Source of the DNA: Actinomycetota bacterium
GTDB lineage: Bacteria > Actinomycetota > CADDZG01 > JAHWKV01
DNA: 64,000 nt
Assembly: GCA_019347715.1 (NCBI GenBank)
Contig: JAHWKU010000002.1
Location: forward strand, 211,510 to 275,509
Reading direction: 5' to 3'
Part shown: one piece after another, positions 1-10,208 of the stretch
Position numbering within the stretch: position 1 is the first letter of the stretch
Layout of the letters: every line of letters starts with the position of its first letter
Notes under the pieces: generated by a model
Database searches by the model: none
Seen by the model: only the letters and a program-made list of their open reading frames with translations
Told to the model about the DNA's origin: nothing
Program-made: the position numbers and the translations under genes

Positions 1-7
1 GGAGGAG

Positions 8-640
8 ATGAGCTACGAGCCGAAAACCGAGGACATAGCTCGCCTTCGCGAACAAACGCAGGCAGGCATCATGGATTGCAAGCGGGCCCTCAAGGAGACG
101 GAGGGAGATTTCGAAGCCGCCCGAGACTTATTGCGAGCCCAGGGTCTTGCCGGAATCCAAAAGCGTGCCGCGCGAGTCGCGGCAGAAGGCGGTGTTTTTC
201 ACTACATCCATCAGATTGATCCAGAGCTTCCTGCGAAGGTCGGGGTCCTGATCGAATTGAATTGCGAAACCGACTTTGTTGCAAAGACTCCCGAATTCAA
301 AGAGCTGGGGCGGAATCTGGCGATGCACATTGCGGCTATGGAACCGGCGTGGGTCTCGTCTTCTGACGTACCGGACGACGTGATCGAAAGGGAAAGAAAA
401 ATCATCCTCGAGAGCGACGCGGTTAAGGGTAAGCCGGATGACGTTGTCTCCAAGATCGTAGACGGCAAGATCTCGAGCATCTATTCAGAAAAAGGCGGCG
501 CGCTGCTCGCGCAAAAGTACGTACGGGACGAGAGTGGCAAGCAAACCGTGGAAGGCGTCATCCACGACTACGCCGCCAAGGTGAAGGAAAACGTAATCGT
601 TCGCAGATTTGCCCGGTTCAGAGTGGGCGAAGAGAGCTGA
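8..640 (+). CDS. tsf: Elongation factor Ts
   Basis: [16 protein letters not shown] and [11 protein letters not shown] motifs; GGAGG RBS directly upstream. Confidence 0.97.
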   Translation: MSYEPKTEDIARLREQTQAGIMDCKRALKETEGDFEAARDLLRAQGLAGIQKRAARVAAEGGVFHYIHQIDPELPAKVGVLIELNCETDFVAKTPEFKELGRNLAMHIAAMEPAWVSSSDVPDDVIERERKIILESDAVKGKPDDVVSKIVDGKISSIYSEKGGALLAQKYVRDESGKQTVEGVIHDYAAKVKENVIVRRFARFRVGEES

Positions 641-645
641 CCGTC

Positions 646-1371
646 ATGGCCGGGGAGTCTCTCGAGTACAAGAGAGTCTTGCTCAAGCTCTCGGGCGAAG
701 CCTTTGCGGGGCCGGGCTCTGGTTTCGGTATCGAGGCCGGAGTGGTCAGCTCACTTGCGAAACAGATCGCAGAGGTCCAAGCGTCCGGAGTAGAGATCGC
801 TGTGGTCGTCGGCGGGGGAAACATTTTTCGCGGCACCCAGGCATCGGCTATGGGCATGGAGCGTGCAAGGGCCGACTACATGGGCATGCTCGCGACCGTT
901 ATCAACGCCTTGGCGCTCCAAGATGCGCTCGGACAGATGGGCGCGGACTGCCGCGTGTTGAGCGCTATTTGGATGCAGGAGGTCGCGGAACCCTTTATCA
1001 GAGGCCGCGCACTAAGGCATCTGGAAAAGGGAAGGGTCGTGATCTTCGCCGGAGGGACCGGCAATCCATACTTTTCAACGGACACGGCCGCATCCGTTCG
1101 TGCTTTGGAGGTCGGAGCTCAGGCTCTCCTCAAGGGGACACAGGTCGATGGGGTGTACGACTCGGACCCGCATGTAAACGCGGACGCAAAGCGATTCGAT
1201 CACCTGGAGTACATAGAAGTTCTTCAAAAGGGACTCAAGGTCATGGACTCGACCGCCATCTCTCTGTGCATGGACAACGATCTGCCGATCATCGTTTTCG
1301 ACCTCTCTCTCGACGGAAACATTCGAAGAGTTGTATTGGGCGAATCGGTCGGGACCAAGGTCAGCCGCTAA
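646..1371 (+). CDS. pyrH: UMP kinase
   Basis: [27 protein letters not shown]; lies between tsf and frr. Confidence 0.97.
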   Translation: MAGESLEYKRVLLKLSGEAFAGPGSGFGIEAGVVSSLAKQIAEVQASGVEIAVVVGGGNIFRGTQASAMGMERARADYMGMLATVINALALQDALGQMGADCRVLSAIWMQEVAEPFIRGRALRHLEKGRVVIFAGGTGNPYFSTDTAASVRALEVGAQALLKGTQVDGVYDSDPHVNADAKRFDHLEYIEVLQKGLKVMDSTAISLCMDNDLPIIVFDLSLDGNIRRVVLGESVGTKVSR

Positions 1372-1385
1372 ATAGGGGAGGGATC

Positions 1386-1946
1386 ATGGCTCTGGAAGGG
1401 CAGCTCCAAGAAGCTGAATCCAAGATGAAGAAGGCGGTACAGGTAGCGAAGGAGGATTTTTCCTCCATACGGACCGGAAGAGCTTCTCCTCTTCTCCTCG
1501 AGAAGATCCAGGTGGATTATTACGGCACTCCAACTCCATTGAACCAATTGGCGGGAATATCGGTCCCCGAAGCCAGGATGATGGTGGTGAGCCCATACGA
1601 CCGGAACGCGCTGAGCGCAATCGAAAAAGCCATCCTTGCTTCGGATCTAGGGATCACTCCAAACAACGACGGAAGCGTGCTTCGCATCGTGTTTCCTCCA
1701 CTGACCGAGGAGAGACGGAAGGAGTTCGTCAAGACGTCTCACCAACGCGGGGAGGATGGCAAGGTTGCGCTTCGCAACGTGAGACGCCACGTGAAAGAGG
1801 AAATGGAGAGTCTCCAAAAAGAAGGGGAGATATCCGAGGACGACTTGATGCGTGGCGAGAAGGAACTCCAGCGGCTAACCGATCACTACGTACATGAGAT
1901 CGACGCGTTGATGGAGCACAAGGAGAAAGAGCTACTGGAGGACTGA
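1386..1946 (+). CDS. frr: Ribosome recycling factor
   Basis: IRTGRASP, PPLTEERRKE; ATG 1386 after GGAGG (the ORF track over-extends the 5' end). Confidence 0.96.
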   Translation: MALEGQLQEAESKMKKAVQVAKEDFSSIRTGRASPLLLEKIQVDYYGTPTPLNQLAGISVPEARMMVVSPYDRNALSAIEKAILASDLGITPNNDGSVLRIVFPPLTEERRKEFVKTSHQRGEDGKVALRNVRRHVKEEMESLQKEGEISEDDLMRGEKELQRLTDHYVHEIDALMEHKEKELLED

Positions 1947-2906
1947 GTGTCCGAGGAACCAAATGGCGAAGTGGATCCTTCGGACCTCCCTGGCGGTGAT
2001 CCTGGCCACTCTGCACCCACGGAACGGCTGGAGGGTCCTGCAACCGAAGTAGTTCCCCCTGCAACGGTAGGGGGACGCAACCTGCGAGTAGCCATCATCA
2101 CCGGAGTTGGCCTCGCGGCGCTCGTCTTGATTCTCATCGCAATCGGGCCTCTGCCGTTCTTCCTGCTCGCACTGGTCGTGCTTCTGATGGCACAAGCGGA
2201 GTTCTATGTGTCCGTTCGGAACGGAAGCTATTCGCCCGCCGCGGCACTCGGACTTGTGGCCGGAGGAGTTCTTCTCGTTGGGACCTATACAAGAGGCGAG
2301 GCCGCGGCGGGATTGGTTTTGTTCCTGACGATCGTCTTCTCATTCGTTTGGTTCCTGGCTCACGAGAAGCGGGGATCGATTCTTGCGGATATCGGTGTGA
2401 CTCTCCTGGGAGTGGCATACGTTCCACTCCTGGGTTCGTTCGTGGGACTGATTCTGCGTCGCGGCCTAAATGAGGGCTGCACGGTTTCGTCCATCACCTG
2501 CGATGGACGCGGGATCGTCATAGCAGTGATAGGTGCGGCTGCGCTATACGACGTGTTCGCGTATGCCGCCGGGTCAAAGTTCGGAAAGCGAGCGATGGCT
2601 CCCAGGATCTCGCCAAGAAAAACTATCGAGGGTGCCCTGATCGCGACAGCAGCGATGTTGATCGTGGGTCCACCGATTGCAGCATGGCTAGGTCCCTGGA
2701 ACTATGGGCAGGCTATGGTCTTCGTGCTGCTGGCATGCGTGGCGGCAACGATGGGGGACCTTGCCGAGTCGATGCTAAAGAGGGATCTCGATATCAAGGA
2801 CATGGGGGCCATATTCCCCGGGCACGGCGGAGCTCTCGACCGACTCGACGCGATCCTGTTTGTTCTGCTCGCCGGATATCTCACACTGAGGCTCTTTGAC
2901 CTGTGA
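1947..2906 (+). CDS. cdsA: Phosphatidate cytidylyltransferase
   Basis: Multiple TM segments; SPRKTIEG, KDMGAIFPGHGGALDRLD. Confidence 0.95.
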   Translation: MSEEPNGEVDPSDLPGGDPGHSAPTERLEGPATEVVPPATVGGRNLRVAIITGVGLAALVLILIAIGPLPFFLLALVVLLMAQAEFYVSVRNGSYSPAAALGLVAGGVLLVGTYTRGEAAAGLVLFLTIVFSFVWFLAHEKRGSILADIGVTLLGVAYVPLLGSFVGLILRRGLNEGCTVSSITCDGRGIVIAVIGAAALYDVFAYAAGSKFGKRAMAPRISPRKTIEGALIATAAMLIVGPPIAAWLGPWNYGQAMVFVLLACVAATMGDLAESMLKRDLDIKDMGAIFPGHGGALDRLDAILFVLLAGYLTLRLFDL

Positions 2907-2946
2907 ACCATTACTTACGCGGTCGAATACTTCATCATGGGTTCCA

Positions 2947-4134
2947 ATGAGCACTACATTCGATCGGGAGGATGTTTCGGGGCTGTTTGACGATCCCGAG
3001 CCGATACGTGTCGTCATCCTCGGGTCGACGGGTTCGGTCGGCGCACAGGCTCTCGAAGTCGTCCGTTCTCATCGGCAGCGCTTCCGAGTTGTGGGTCTTG
3101 CCGCAAGGTCGGATGCTGAGTCGCTCGCCCAGCAGGCCAAGGAGTTCGAAGTCGATCTCGTCGGGATCGTAGAGGGAGAACTCGAACCGCCGCCGGGCGC
3201 GAAGGTAATCACAGGTGAGAGATCAGCGGCAGAGATCGTGGAGGAAGCAACAGCAGAGGTGGTCTTGAATGCCGTGCTCGGAGCTGCCGGTCTCGAGGCC
3301 ACACTCGCAACTCTGAAGACCGGCAAGACCCTTGCCTTAGCAAACAAGGAGAGTCTCGTTGCCGCTGGCGAATACGTCATGGCCAAGGCAGGACCGGGAC
3401 AGATCCGCCCGGTGGACAGCGAACACTCGGCAATGTGGCAGGCTCTCGAAGGTACTTCGCCAGATCGTGTCTCAAAGGTATACCTCACAGCAAGCGGCGG
3501 GCCTTTCAGGGGCCGCTCTCGCAATGAATTGGAGAGAGTCACCGTCGAGGAAGCCGTCGCCCATCCGGTGTGGAACATGGGCAGGAAGATCAGTGTCGAC
3601 TCCGCCACTCTGATGAACAAGGGCTTCGAGGTGATTGAGGCGCACTTTCTTTTCGGGTTCACTTACGACGAGATCGAAGTGGTGATCCACCCAGAGGGAC
3701 TCATTCATGCCATGATCGAAATGGCTGATACATCGGTCTTGGCTGCTGTCTACTATCCCGACATGCGTCTTCCCATCCAGTTAGCGCTTGGCTGGCCCGA
3801 ACGCTTTAGGACGGCGGACATGAATCGGATTTCCTTTTCGGAAGGAACATCTCTCAGTTTCCATGAACCGGATGTGGACACCTTTCGCTGCCTTTCCCTG
3901 GCTTACGACGCAGCCAGGAGAGGAGACACGTATCCTGCCGTTCTCAATGCCGCCAACGAGGTAGCGGTCGCTCACTTCCTGGAGGAAAAGATAGGTTTCC
4001 TCGACATCGAGAGAGTAGTAGAGGAAGTTTTGGATAGTCACTCGCCCGGAGCGGCAGATCTCGAAAACGTGATCGAGCAGGATCAGTGGGCCAGGGATCG
4101 AGCGGCTGAGGTGACCGGAAAGATCGAGCGATGA
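2947..4134 (+). CDS. dxr: 1-deoxy-D-xylulose 5-phosphate reductoisomerase
   Basis: LGSTGSVG, LANKESLV, PVDSEH, MGRKISVDSATLMNKG; start uncertain. Confidence 0.95.
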   Translation: MSTTFDREDVSGLFDDPEPIRVVILGSTGSVGAQALEVVRSHRQRFRVVGLAARSDAESLAQQAKEFEVDLVGIVEGELEPPPGAKVITGERSAAEIVEEATAEVVLNAVLGAAGLEATLATLKTGKTLALANKESLVAAGEYVMAKAGPGQIRPVDSEHSAMWQALEGTSPDRVSKVYLTASGGPFRGRSRNELERVTVEEAVAHPVWNMGRKISVDSATLMNKGFEVIEAHFLFGFTYDEIEVVIHPEGLIHAMIEMADTSVLAAVYYPDMRLPIQLALGWPERFRTADMNRISFSEGTSLSFHEPDVDTFRCLSLAYDAARRGDTYPAVLNAANEVAVAHFLEEKIGFLDIERVVEEVLDSHSPGAADLENVIEQDQWARDRAAEVTGKIER

Positions 4135-5273
4135 CGGCTAATACTCTCGGCATCTGGGCATTCATCATCACGCTTGCAGTGATGATTGTCATTCACGAGC
4201 TTGGTCACTACATCACAGCGAAGAAATTTGGCATGAAGGTGGAGAGCTTTTACTTCGGTTTCGGCCCGCGGCTCGCTTCCTGGAGACGCGGCGAGACGGA
4301 GTTCGGCATAAGGGCCCTTCCGCTTGGAGGCTACGTGAAGATCGCTGGTATGAACCCATTCGTGCCGGTGTCAGACGACGACCGCGAAAGGGTATTCGGA
4401 GCGAAGCCTTCCTGGCAGAGGGCCGTGGTTCTGGCGGCCGGCTCGGCTAGCCATTTCGTCTTTGCCTTTGTGCTGTTGATGGTGCTCTTTTCCGCGATCG
4501 GCGTTCCGCAAACGACGACCACCATCGGTGAAGTCATCCCCGAGGTCAATGGGAGCGAATCTCCTGCCAGTGCTGCCGGTTTCCGCAGTGGAGATCGAAT
4601 CGTTTCGGTGGAAGGACTACCGATCGAGACCTTTGCGGATCTTCAGAAAGTAGTTGGAAGCAGCCCCGGCCGCACTCTGAACGTCGAAATCATGAGGGAT
4701 GGTGAGATTCTTTCACTCCCCGTTACACCTGCAGCGATTGAGGTCCAACTCGATGGCCGGACGCAAACCCGGGGACAGCTGGGGATACTGTCGAAGGTCG
4801 CCTCTAATCGCGAACCCCCTTGGGAGGCGGCCGTCTCGTCGGGACGTGTCGTTGGCGAGATGACAAAGCTCAGCATTGTCGGGGTCGGCACTTTCTTTTC
4901 ACCCAGCACTTTCCGACGGATCTTTGGGGCTCTAGGAGAGACCGGTCAGAGAGAGGTTGCCGGAGACGAACCGATCGGCGCGGTTGGAGGAGCGCGCCTG
5001 GCCGGGCAGTCTGCGGCAGCGGGCGGGTTCGACCGCCTCTTCTTTCTGCTGGCCGGGATTATCATCTTCATTGGGGTAATCAATCTCGCGCCGCTGCCGG
5101 TGCTGGACGGGGGATGGCTGGTGATGCTGGCTTACGAGAAGATCGCCAGAAGAAAGGTTGATCTAAGGAAGATCGTGCCGGCTATGGTTCTGGTGTTCGC
5201 GTTCCTCATCATGTTGCAGCTGCTTCTTCTCTACCTGGATATCACCAGACCGATCGAGAACCCATTCCAGTAG
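4131..5273 (+). CDS. rseP: RIP/M50 intramembrane metalloprotease with PDZ domain
   Basis: HELGH, NLAPLPVLDGG, PDZ-like GFRSGDRIVSV; follows dxr. Confidence 0.93.
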   Translation: MTANTLGIWAFIITLAVMIVIHELGHYITAKKFGMKVESFYFGFGPRLASWRRGETEFGIRALPLGGYVKIAGMNPFVPVSDDDRERVFGAKPSWQRAVVLAAGSASHFVFAFVLLMVLFSAIGVPQTTTTIGEVIPEVNGSESPASAAGFRSGDRIVSVEGLPIETFADLQKVVGSSPGRTLNVEIMRDGEILSLPVTPAAIEVQLDGRTQTRGQLGILSKVASNREPPWEAAVSSGRVVGEMTKLSIVGVGTFFSPSTFRRIFGALGETGQREVAGDEPIGAVGGARLAGQSAAAGGFDRLFFLLAGIIIFIGVINLAPLPVLDGGWLVMLAYEKIARRKVDLRKIVPAMVLVFAFLIMLQLLLLYLDITRPIENPFQ

Positions 5274-5314
5274 AGGTACCGACGGCCGCGCACCTCCTCC
5301 CTTAATATCTCCAC

Positions 5315-6739
5315 ATGTCTCTTCCCGATCAGTCCGTTGACTTTCCCGGCTGGTATCAGGAGGTCGTCAAGCGCGCCGAGATGGCTGAGAACTCGGTTAC
5401 CAGGGGCGCGATGGTCATCAAGCCCTACGGCTATGCGATCTGGGAATTCATGCAGCAAGGGATGGATCGCAGGATCAAAGAGACCGGCCATCAAAACCTG
5501 TACTTCCCGTTGCTGTATCCCCTTCGTCTATTGGAAAAGGAAGCCGATCACGTCGAAGGCTTCACTCCTCAGGTCGCGATAGTCACTCATGCAGGAGGTT
5601 CCAAGCTCGAGGAGCCGCTCGTGATCCGTCCCACATCCGAAGCAGTCATCTGGGCGACTTACAAGAATTGGATCCAGAGCTATCGAGATCTGCCTCTTCT
5701 TTACAACCAGTGGGCAAACGTGCTGCGCTGGGAGATGCGCCCGAGGCTGTTCCTTAGGACAACCGAATTCCTTTGGCAGGAAGGACACACTGCTCACGAA
5801 ACCGAACAAGAAGCGATGGCCGAAAGCAAGATGATCCTTTCCGATGTCTACCGGACTACAGTTGAAGAGGACTTCGCCATGCCGGTCATCCCCGGCAGGA
5901 AGAGCGCATCGGAGAGATTTCCAGGTGCCCAGGAGACATTCACGATCGAGGCGCTCATGCGCGACGGCAAGGCTCTGCAAGCAGGAACATCTCACTACTT
6001 CGGCCAGAACTTTTCGCGGGCATACGATGTGAAGTTCCAAAGCCGCGATGGGACCGAAGAGCATCCGTATTCGACGTCTTGGGGGGCATCCTCCCGTCTC
6101 ATCGGTGGCGTTGTCATGGTTCACGGAGATGAAAAAGGGCTGCGTCTGCCTCCCAAGCTCGCTCCATATCAAGTGGTCGTTGTCCCGATCTACAAGGGAG
6201 ACCAGGACAAGGCGAAGGTGCTGGATGCCTGTAATGCAGTCGCCAAGATGCTCGATGGCCTCCGCGTGAAGATCGATGATCGAGAACACTTTCGGCCCGG
6301 TTACAAGTTCAACGAATGGGAACTCAAGGGAGTGCCCGTGCGGCTTGAAATAGGCGCAAGGGAGGTTGATGCGGACGAGGTTGTGGTCTATCGACGCGAT
6401 CTCGGCGAAAAGCAGACGGAACGGCTCGCGGAAGTGGGTGAGCGTGCTAACTCGCTCATGGCCGAGATTCAAAGCACTCTGTTCGATCAGGCCGAGGTGT
6501 TTCGCGACGAACACACCCATGTACCGGAGTCTTATGAGGAATTCAACGAACTGCTCTCCAGCGCTGCAGGGTTCGTCCGAGCACCCTGGTGCGGAGAGGC
6601 TGCTTGTGAGGAGAAAGTGAAGGCCGAAACAAAGGCTACGAACCGGGCTCTTACGCTCGAGCCCGAAGCGATGACGACGGCGTGCATCGTCTGCAACAAC
6701 GACGCCAAAGAGATGGCCCTATGGGCCCAGGCTTATTAG
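5315..6739 (+). CDS. proS: Prolyl-tRNA synthetase, archaeal/eukaryote-like type
   Basis: IRPTSE, RWEMRPRLFLRTTEFLWQEGHT, QAGTSHYFGQNF, C-terminal Zn-type domain ending in AY; no INS editing domain. Confidence 0.95.
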   Translation: MSLPDQSVDFPGWYQEVVKRAEMAENSVTRGAMVIKPYGYAIWEFMQQGMDRRIKETGHQNLYFPLLYPLRLLEKEADHVEGFTPQVAIVTHAGGSKLEEPLVIRPTSEAVIWATYKNWIQSYRDLPLLYNQWANVLRWEMRPRLFLRTTEFLWQEGHTAHETEQEAMAESKMILSDVYRTTVEEDFAMPVIPGRKSASERFPGAQETFTIEALMRDGKALQAGTSHYFGQNFSRAYDVKFQSRDGTEEHPYSTSWGASSRLIGGVVMVHGDEKGLRLPPKLAPYQVVVVPIYKGDQDKAKVLDACNAVAKMLDGLRVKIDDREHFRPGYKFNEWELKGVPVRLEIGAREVDADEVVVYRRDLGEKQTERLAEVGERANSLMAEIQSTLFDQAEVFRDEHTHVPESYEEFNELLSSAAGFVRAPWCGEAACEEKVKAETKATNRALTLEPEAMTTACIVCNNDAKEMALWAQAY

Positions 6740-6747
6740 CTAATCGG

Positions 6748-7191
6748 CTAATCCGATAGAGGTTCGAAGATATTTATCAGCAGGTTGAAGGCCACGACGA
6801 GCGCGCCGAGCCAAAAAGCTACCTTCAAGATACGAGAGCGATCTTCCGGTTCATCTCTGGCCTCCATGGTTAGGAAGGCGCCGCTCATCCCGAAGACGAT
6901 CCCAAGCCCAGTCCAAAACAATGGGACCGCGAGCAACAAGCCGATCACGCTTGAGGTGAGTGCCAGTTTCGCTCGTTTCGATGCCTCTTGAGCCAGGACC
7001 TTCGGAATGGCCCATCCAAAGATGACTGCCGAGAAGACGAGCGCCGAAGGAATCGTGATCAAAAGAGTTTTGACCTGTTCCCCCTTGGCCCCCTGATCTC
7101 CCAGGACGGGGTAGACCGCGACGAGAGCAGCACCGGACGCCAGGGCCGCAGTGATCAATCCGATCTGAATCCGAAGTGACATGGTCTCCAA
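6748..7191 (-). CDS. Hypothetical membrane protein (about 4-5 TM segments)
   Basis: 147-aa hydrophobic ORF filling the gap after proS; start may be 7182. Confidence 0.7.
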   Translation of the reverse strand: METMSLRIQIGLITAALASGAALVAVYPVLGDQGAKGEQVKTLLITIPSALVFSAVIFGWAIPKVLAQEASKRAKLALTSSVIGLLLAVPLFWTGLGIVFGMSGAFLTMEARDEPEDRSRILKVAFWLGALVVAFNLLINIFEPLSD

Positions 7192-7270
7192 TTTATTGAC
7201 CGGTGAGTGGATAGGTCAACTACAATTCCGAATCTATCGTAAGTGCCGGCGGCAGAAATCGGGGGAACTC

Positions 7271-8800
7271 GTGGGCGAAAACGAAGTCAATCAGGACGTC
7301 ATCGATCGTTTTGGGGCGGTCCAAGCTCGGTTAACGGAGCTATGGAAGTCGATGCGGACCTTCTCGAGCGACGAGCAGACCATCGTGGTGGTTCCATCAA
7401 TGACGCTCGACAAGGTCGAAGACGTTGGATCGATGATGCAGCCTTACGAGGAGCGATTCCTGTTTCTCCTTTTGTTGCTGAGACAACCGCGCGCTCGTCT
7501 TGTCTATGTCACCTCGCAGACGATTCTTCCCAGCATCATCGACTACTATCTCGATCTTCTCCCAGGCGTAATTCCCAGCCATGCCAGGCCCCGTTTGTTC
7601 ACAGTCGCCGTGCACGATTCGACTTCCAGACCGCTCAGCCAGAAGATCCTGGAACGTCCAAGGGTGATCGACAAGATCCGATCGCTTATCCCCGATCCTG
7701 TGCGGGCTCATCTCATTCCTTACAACACGACCGAGCTCGAGAGGGATCTGGCGGTAGCTCTCGGGATTCCGATGTACGGAGCAGATCCGAAATTCTTTCC
7801 GCTGGGAACCAAGAGTGGGTGCAGGAGAATTTTCTCCGAAGAGGGGGTTCGCCATCCGATCGGCTTCGAAGATCTCTATTCGTCCGATCAGGTGGTCACG
7901 GCAATCGCCAAGATGCGCGCAGACAAACCTCGAATACGTGAGGTCCTGGTGAAGCTGAATGAAGGAGTCGCAGGAGAGGGCAATGGCGTCATCGATCTTC
8001 GAGGACTTCCCGAACCAGGGGGGGCCGAGGAGCTGAAACAGATCGATGCTCGGCTATTTGATCTGAAGCTCGAGGACACATCCACCGATCCTGAGACCTA
8101 TTTCCGAAAGCTCGAGGCCAGAGGGGGGATCGTTGAGGAGCGAATCGCCGGAGAAGAGTTCCGATCTCCTAGCGTTCAACTTCGAGTCACTCCCCTCGGA
8201 GAGCTCGAGATCCTCTCGACACACGATCAAGTTCTGGGAGGAGAGTCCGGTCAGACCTATCTAGGCTGCCGATTTCCAGCCGATGAGTCCTATGCGGCTT
8301 CCATAACGAGGGAGGCTGCCAAAGTCGGTGCCAGGCTTGCCCGCGAGGGTGTCATAGGGAGATTCGCTCTCGACTTCGTTGTCGTGAGAAACGAAGACGG
8401 CTGGGATCCGTACGCGATCGAGATCAACCTGAGAAAGGGAGGGACCACTCACCCTTTCCTCACGCTTCAGTTCCTGACCGATGGCACATACGATCCCGAA
8501 TCGGGAGTCTTTACGGCTCCGAGTGGCCGATCCAAGTGTTTCGTCGCGAGCGACCATCTCGCGAACCCTCACTACCGCGGGCTGCTCCCAGACGACCTTT
8601 TCGACATCGTCGTCACTAACGGCCTGCACTTCGATCAGTCCAGGCAGACCGGCGTCGTCTTTCACATGATGAGCGGTCTAACAGAACATGGCTCGATCGG
8701 CCTCACCGCGGTCGGCGACGATCATGAAGAAGCAGAGGCTATCTACAACCGTGCAGTCGAAGTGCTCGATCGGGAAGCTCTCGCGGCTTCGACGCCTTAG
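7271..8800 (+). CDS. PGM1-related ATP-grasp peptide ligase family protein
   Basis: VVVPSM...YEERFLF pre-ATP-grasp region, SPSVQ, STHDQVLGG, EINLRKGGTTHPF; GTG start at 7271 inferred. Confidence 0.8.
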   Translation: MGENEVNQDVIDRFGAVQARLTELWKSMRTFSSDEQTIVVVPSMTLDKVEDVGSMMQPYEERFLFLLLLLRQPRARLVYVTSQTILPSIIDYYLDLLPGVIPSHARPRLFTVAVHDSTSRPLSQKILERPRVIDKIRSLIPDPVRAHLIPYNTTELERDLAVALGIPMYGADPKFFPLGTKSGCRRIFSEEGVRHPIGFEDLYSSDQVVTAIAKMRADKPRIREVLVKLNEGVAGEGNGVIDLRGLPEPGGAEELKQIDARLFDLKLEDTSTDPETYFRKLEARGGIVEERIAGEEFRSPSVQLRVTPLGELEILSTHDQVLGGESGQTYLGCRFPADESYAASITREAAKVGARLAREGVIGRFALDFVVVRNEDGWDPYAIEINLRKGGTTHPFLTLQFLTDGTYDPESGVFTAPSGRSKCFVASDHLANPHYRGLLPDDLFDIVVTNGLHFDQSRQTGVVFHMMSGLTEHGSIGLTAVGDDHEEAEAIYNRAVEVLDREALAASTP

Positions 8801-8810
8801 CCCGCTGCGC

Positions 8811-9533
8811 CTATTTGCCTGAAGCGGCGAGGACAAGCCAGTCGAATAAGGCTTGTTGCGCGGGATCTTCTGCAGCAGTCATCTCTGGGTGCCATTGCAC
8901 ACCGATGATCCTGCCGTCTGCTGTCTCCAGGCCCTCGATCGTGTCGTCCTCCGCACTGGCGGAGATCTCCAGGCCGTCGGCTATTTTGTCGACCGCCTGG
9001 TGGTGATGCGAAGAGCACTTCGCGCTCGTCGCCTGCATCACCTTGGACAACGCTGATCCTTCGAAGATGTTCACCCGATGAGTGCCCCACTGCTGGTTGA
9101 AGCCATGGGTGACCTTCCCTTCAGGCACGATGATGTGCTGATGAAGGGTTCCGCCCAATGCGACGTTCAGGACCTGGATGCCACGGCATATCGCAAGGAC
9201 GGGAATATCGACGGACATGGCTGCCCTGACGAGGGATATCTCGAAGGAATCGCGATCCTGGGACACGCCGTACACCTCGGGCACGCTCTCCTGGCCATAG
9301 ACGGAGGGGTCGATGTCCCCACCCCCGAGCAGCAAGAGGCCTGCGAACCGGGATAGAAGCTCCTTGCCTTCGGCCTCATCGATAGGGACCGGATGCAAGA
9401 CGGCCTCCTGTCCGCCGGCCTTCTTTATTGCGGTGAGATAGGTGAGAGGGGCAGCCACGGCCCCGGTGAATGGCCATCCCTCGACTCCGCCTACAGGCAC
9501 TGGTCTTCCCGGAATAGCAATCAGAGGTCTCAT
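8811..9533 (-). CDS. Gamma-glutamyl-gamma-aminobutyrate hydrolase family (peptidase C26, class I GATase)
   Basis: GGGDIDP, ICRGIQVLNVALGGTL, HHQAV, VQWHPE. Confidence 0.9.
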   Translation of the reverse strand: MRPLIAIPGRPVPVGGVEGWPFTGAVAAPLTYLTAIKKAGGQEAVLHPVPIDEAEGKELLSRFAGLLLLGGGDIDPSVYGQESVPEVYGVSQDRDSFEISLVRAAMSVDIPVLAICRGIQVLNVALGGTLHQHIIVPEGKVTHGFNQQWGTHRVNIFEGSALSKVMQATSAKCSSHHHQAVDKIADGLEISASAEDDTIEGLETADGRIIGVQWHPEMTAAEDPAQQALFDWLVLAASGK

Positions 9534-9565
9534 GTTCTGCCGAGCCTAAAAGAAAGGCCCATCGT

Positions 9566-9594
9566 TTGCCGCCATTTTGGCCCGGTCCTATACT
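9566..9594 (+). promoter_or_regulatory. Sigma70-type promoter of the rimP operon
   Basis: TTGCCG-N17-TATACT. Confidence 0.65.
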
Positions 9595-9634
9595 CGATGC
9601 AGCAACGCGAAAGGCTCTTGGCTCGACATATGAC

Positions 9635-9663
9635 GAAGTGGGCGCCAGGCCCACTTCTTTTTT
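9635..9663 (+). terminator. rimP leader attenuator hairpin
   Basis: GAAGTGGGC-GCCAG-GCCCACTTC followed by TTTTTT; matches the widespread GGGC/GCCC rimP-leader terminator. Confidence 0.8.
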
Positions 9664-9707
9664 GGCCCAGAAGGGCCCCGAAGGCCCGAAGGAATGAGGA
9701 GGTGGAT

Positions 9708-10208
9708 GTGATCCGTGCTGAGACGGTTGAGGCAGTGCGGGCCACCTGCGAGTCCGTCATCGCCTCCCACGATGTCGAGTTGGTGGATTTCGTTCTCACC
9801 AAGAGCGGAAGGGGCCAGCTTTTGAGGATCACGCTGGATCGTCCCGACGGAGCGTTACCTCTTGGAGAGATCGAAGGGATTTCAAGGGAGCTCTCTAGGG
9901 CCCTCGATCTGAAGGATCCGATTGAAGGCCGGTACATCCTCGAGGTTTCGTCGGCCGGGCTGGAGCGCCCGCTGACCAAGCCTTCGGACTTCAGCCGCTT
10001 CGAAGGGAGACTCGCCAAGGTGAAAGTACGAGAGCCCATCGAGGGCGGAAAGGTCTTTCAAGGAGAGATCGTTTCGTCAAACGATGAGACCTTCGTTATC
10101 TCCTCGGAGGATGGGATGCGGGTAGAGATCCCGTATTCATCAATTGTGAAGGCCAATCTTCAGGTCGACTGGAGCAAAGAGCTGAAGGGCATCAGGGAGG
10201 GAAAGTGA
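9708..10208 (+). CDS. rimP: Ribosome maturation factor RimP
   Basis: YILEVSSAGLERPL; GTG 9708 after GGAGG; upstream of nusA. Confidence 0.93.
   Translation: MIRAETVEAVRATCESVIASHDVELVDFVLTKSGRGQLLRITLDRPDGALPLGEIEGISRELSRALDLKDPIEGRYILEVSSAGLERPLTKPSDFSRFEGRLAKVKVREPIEGGKVFQGEIVSSNDETFVISSEDGMRVEIPYSSIVKANLQVDWSKELKGIREGK

Noticed and set aside
609-1385. Long 5' extension of the frr ORF (445 aa)
   Set aside because: Overlaps pyrH in another frame; the real start with an RBS is at 1386
9393-9707. N-terminal extension of rimP
   Set aside because: Covers the promoter and leader terminator and overlaps the divergent gene
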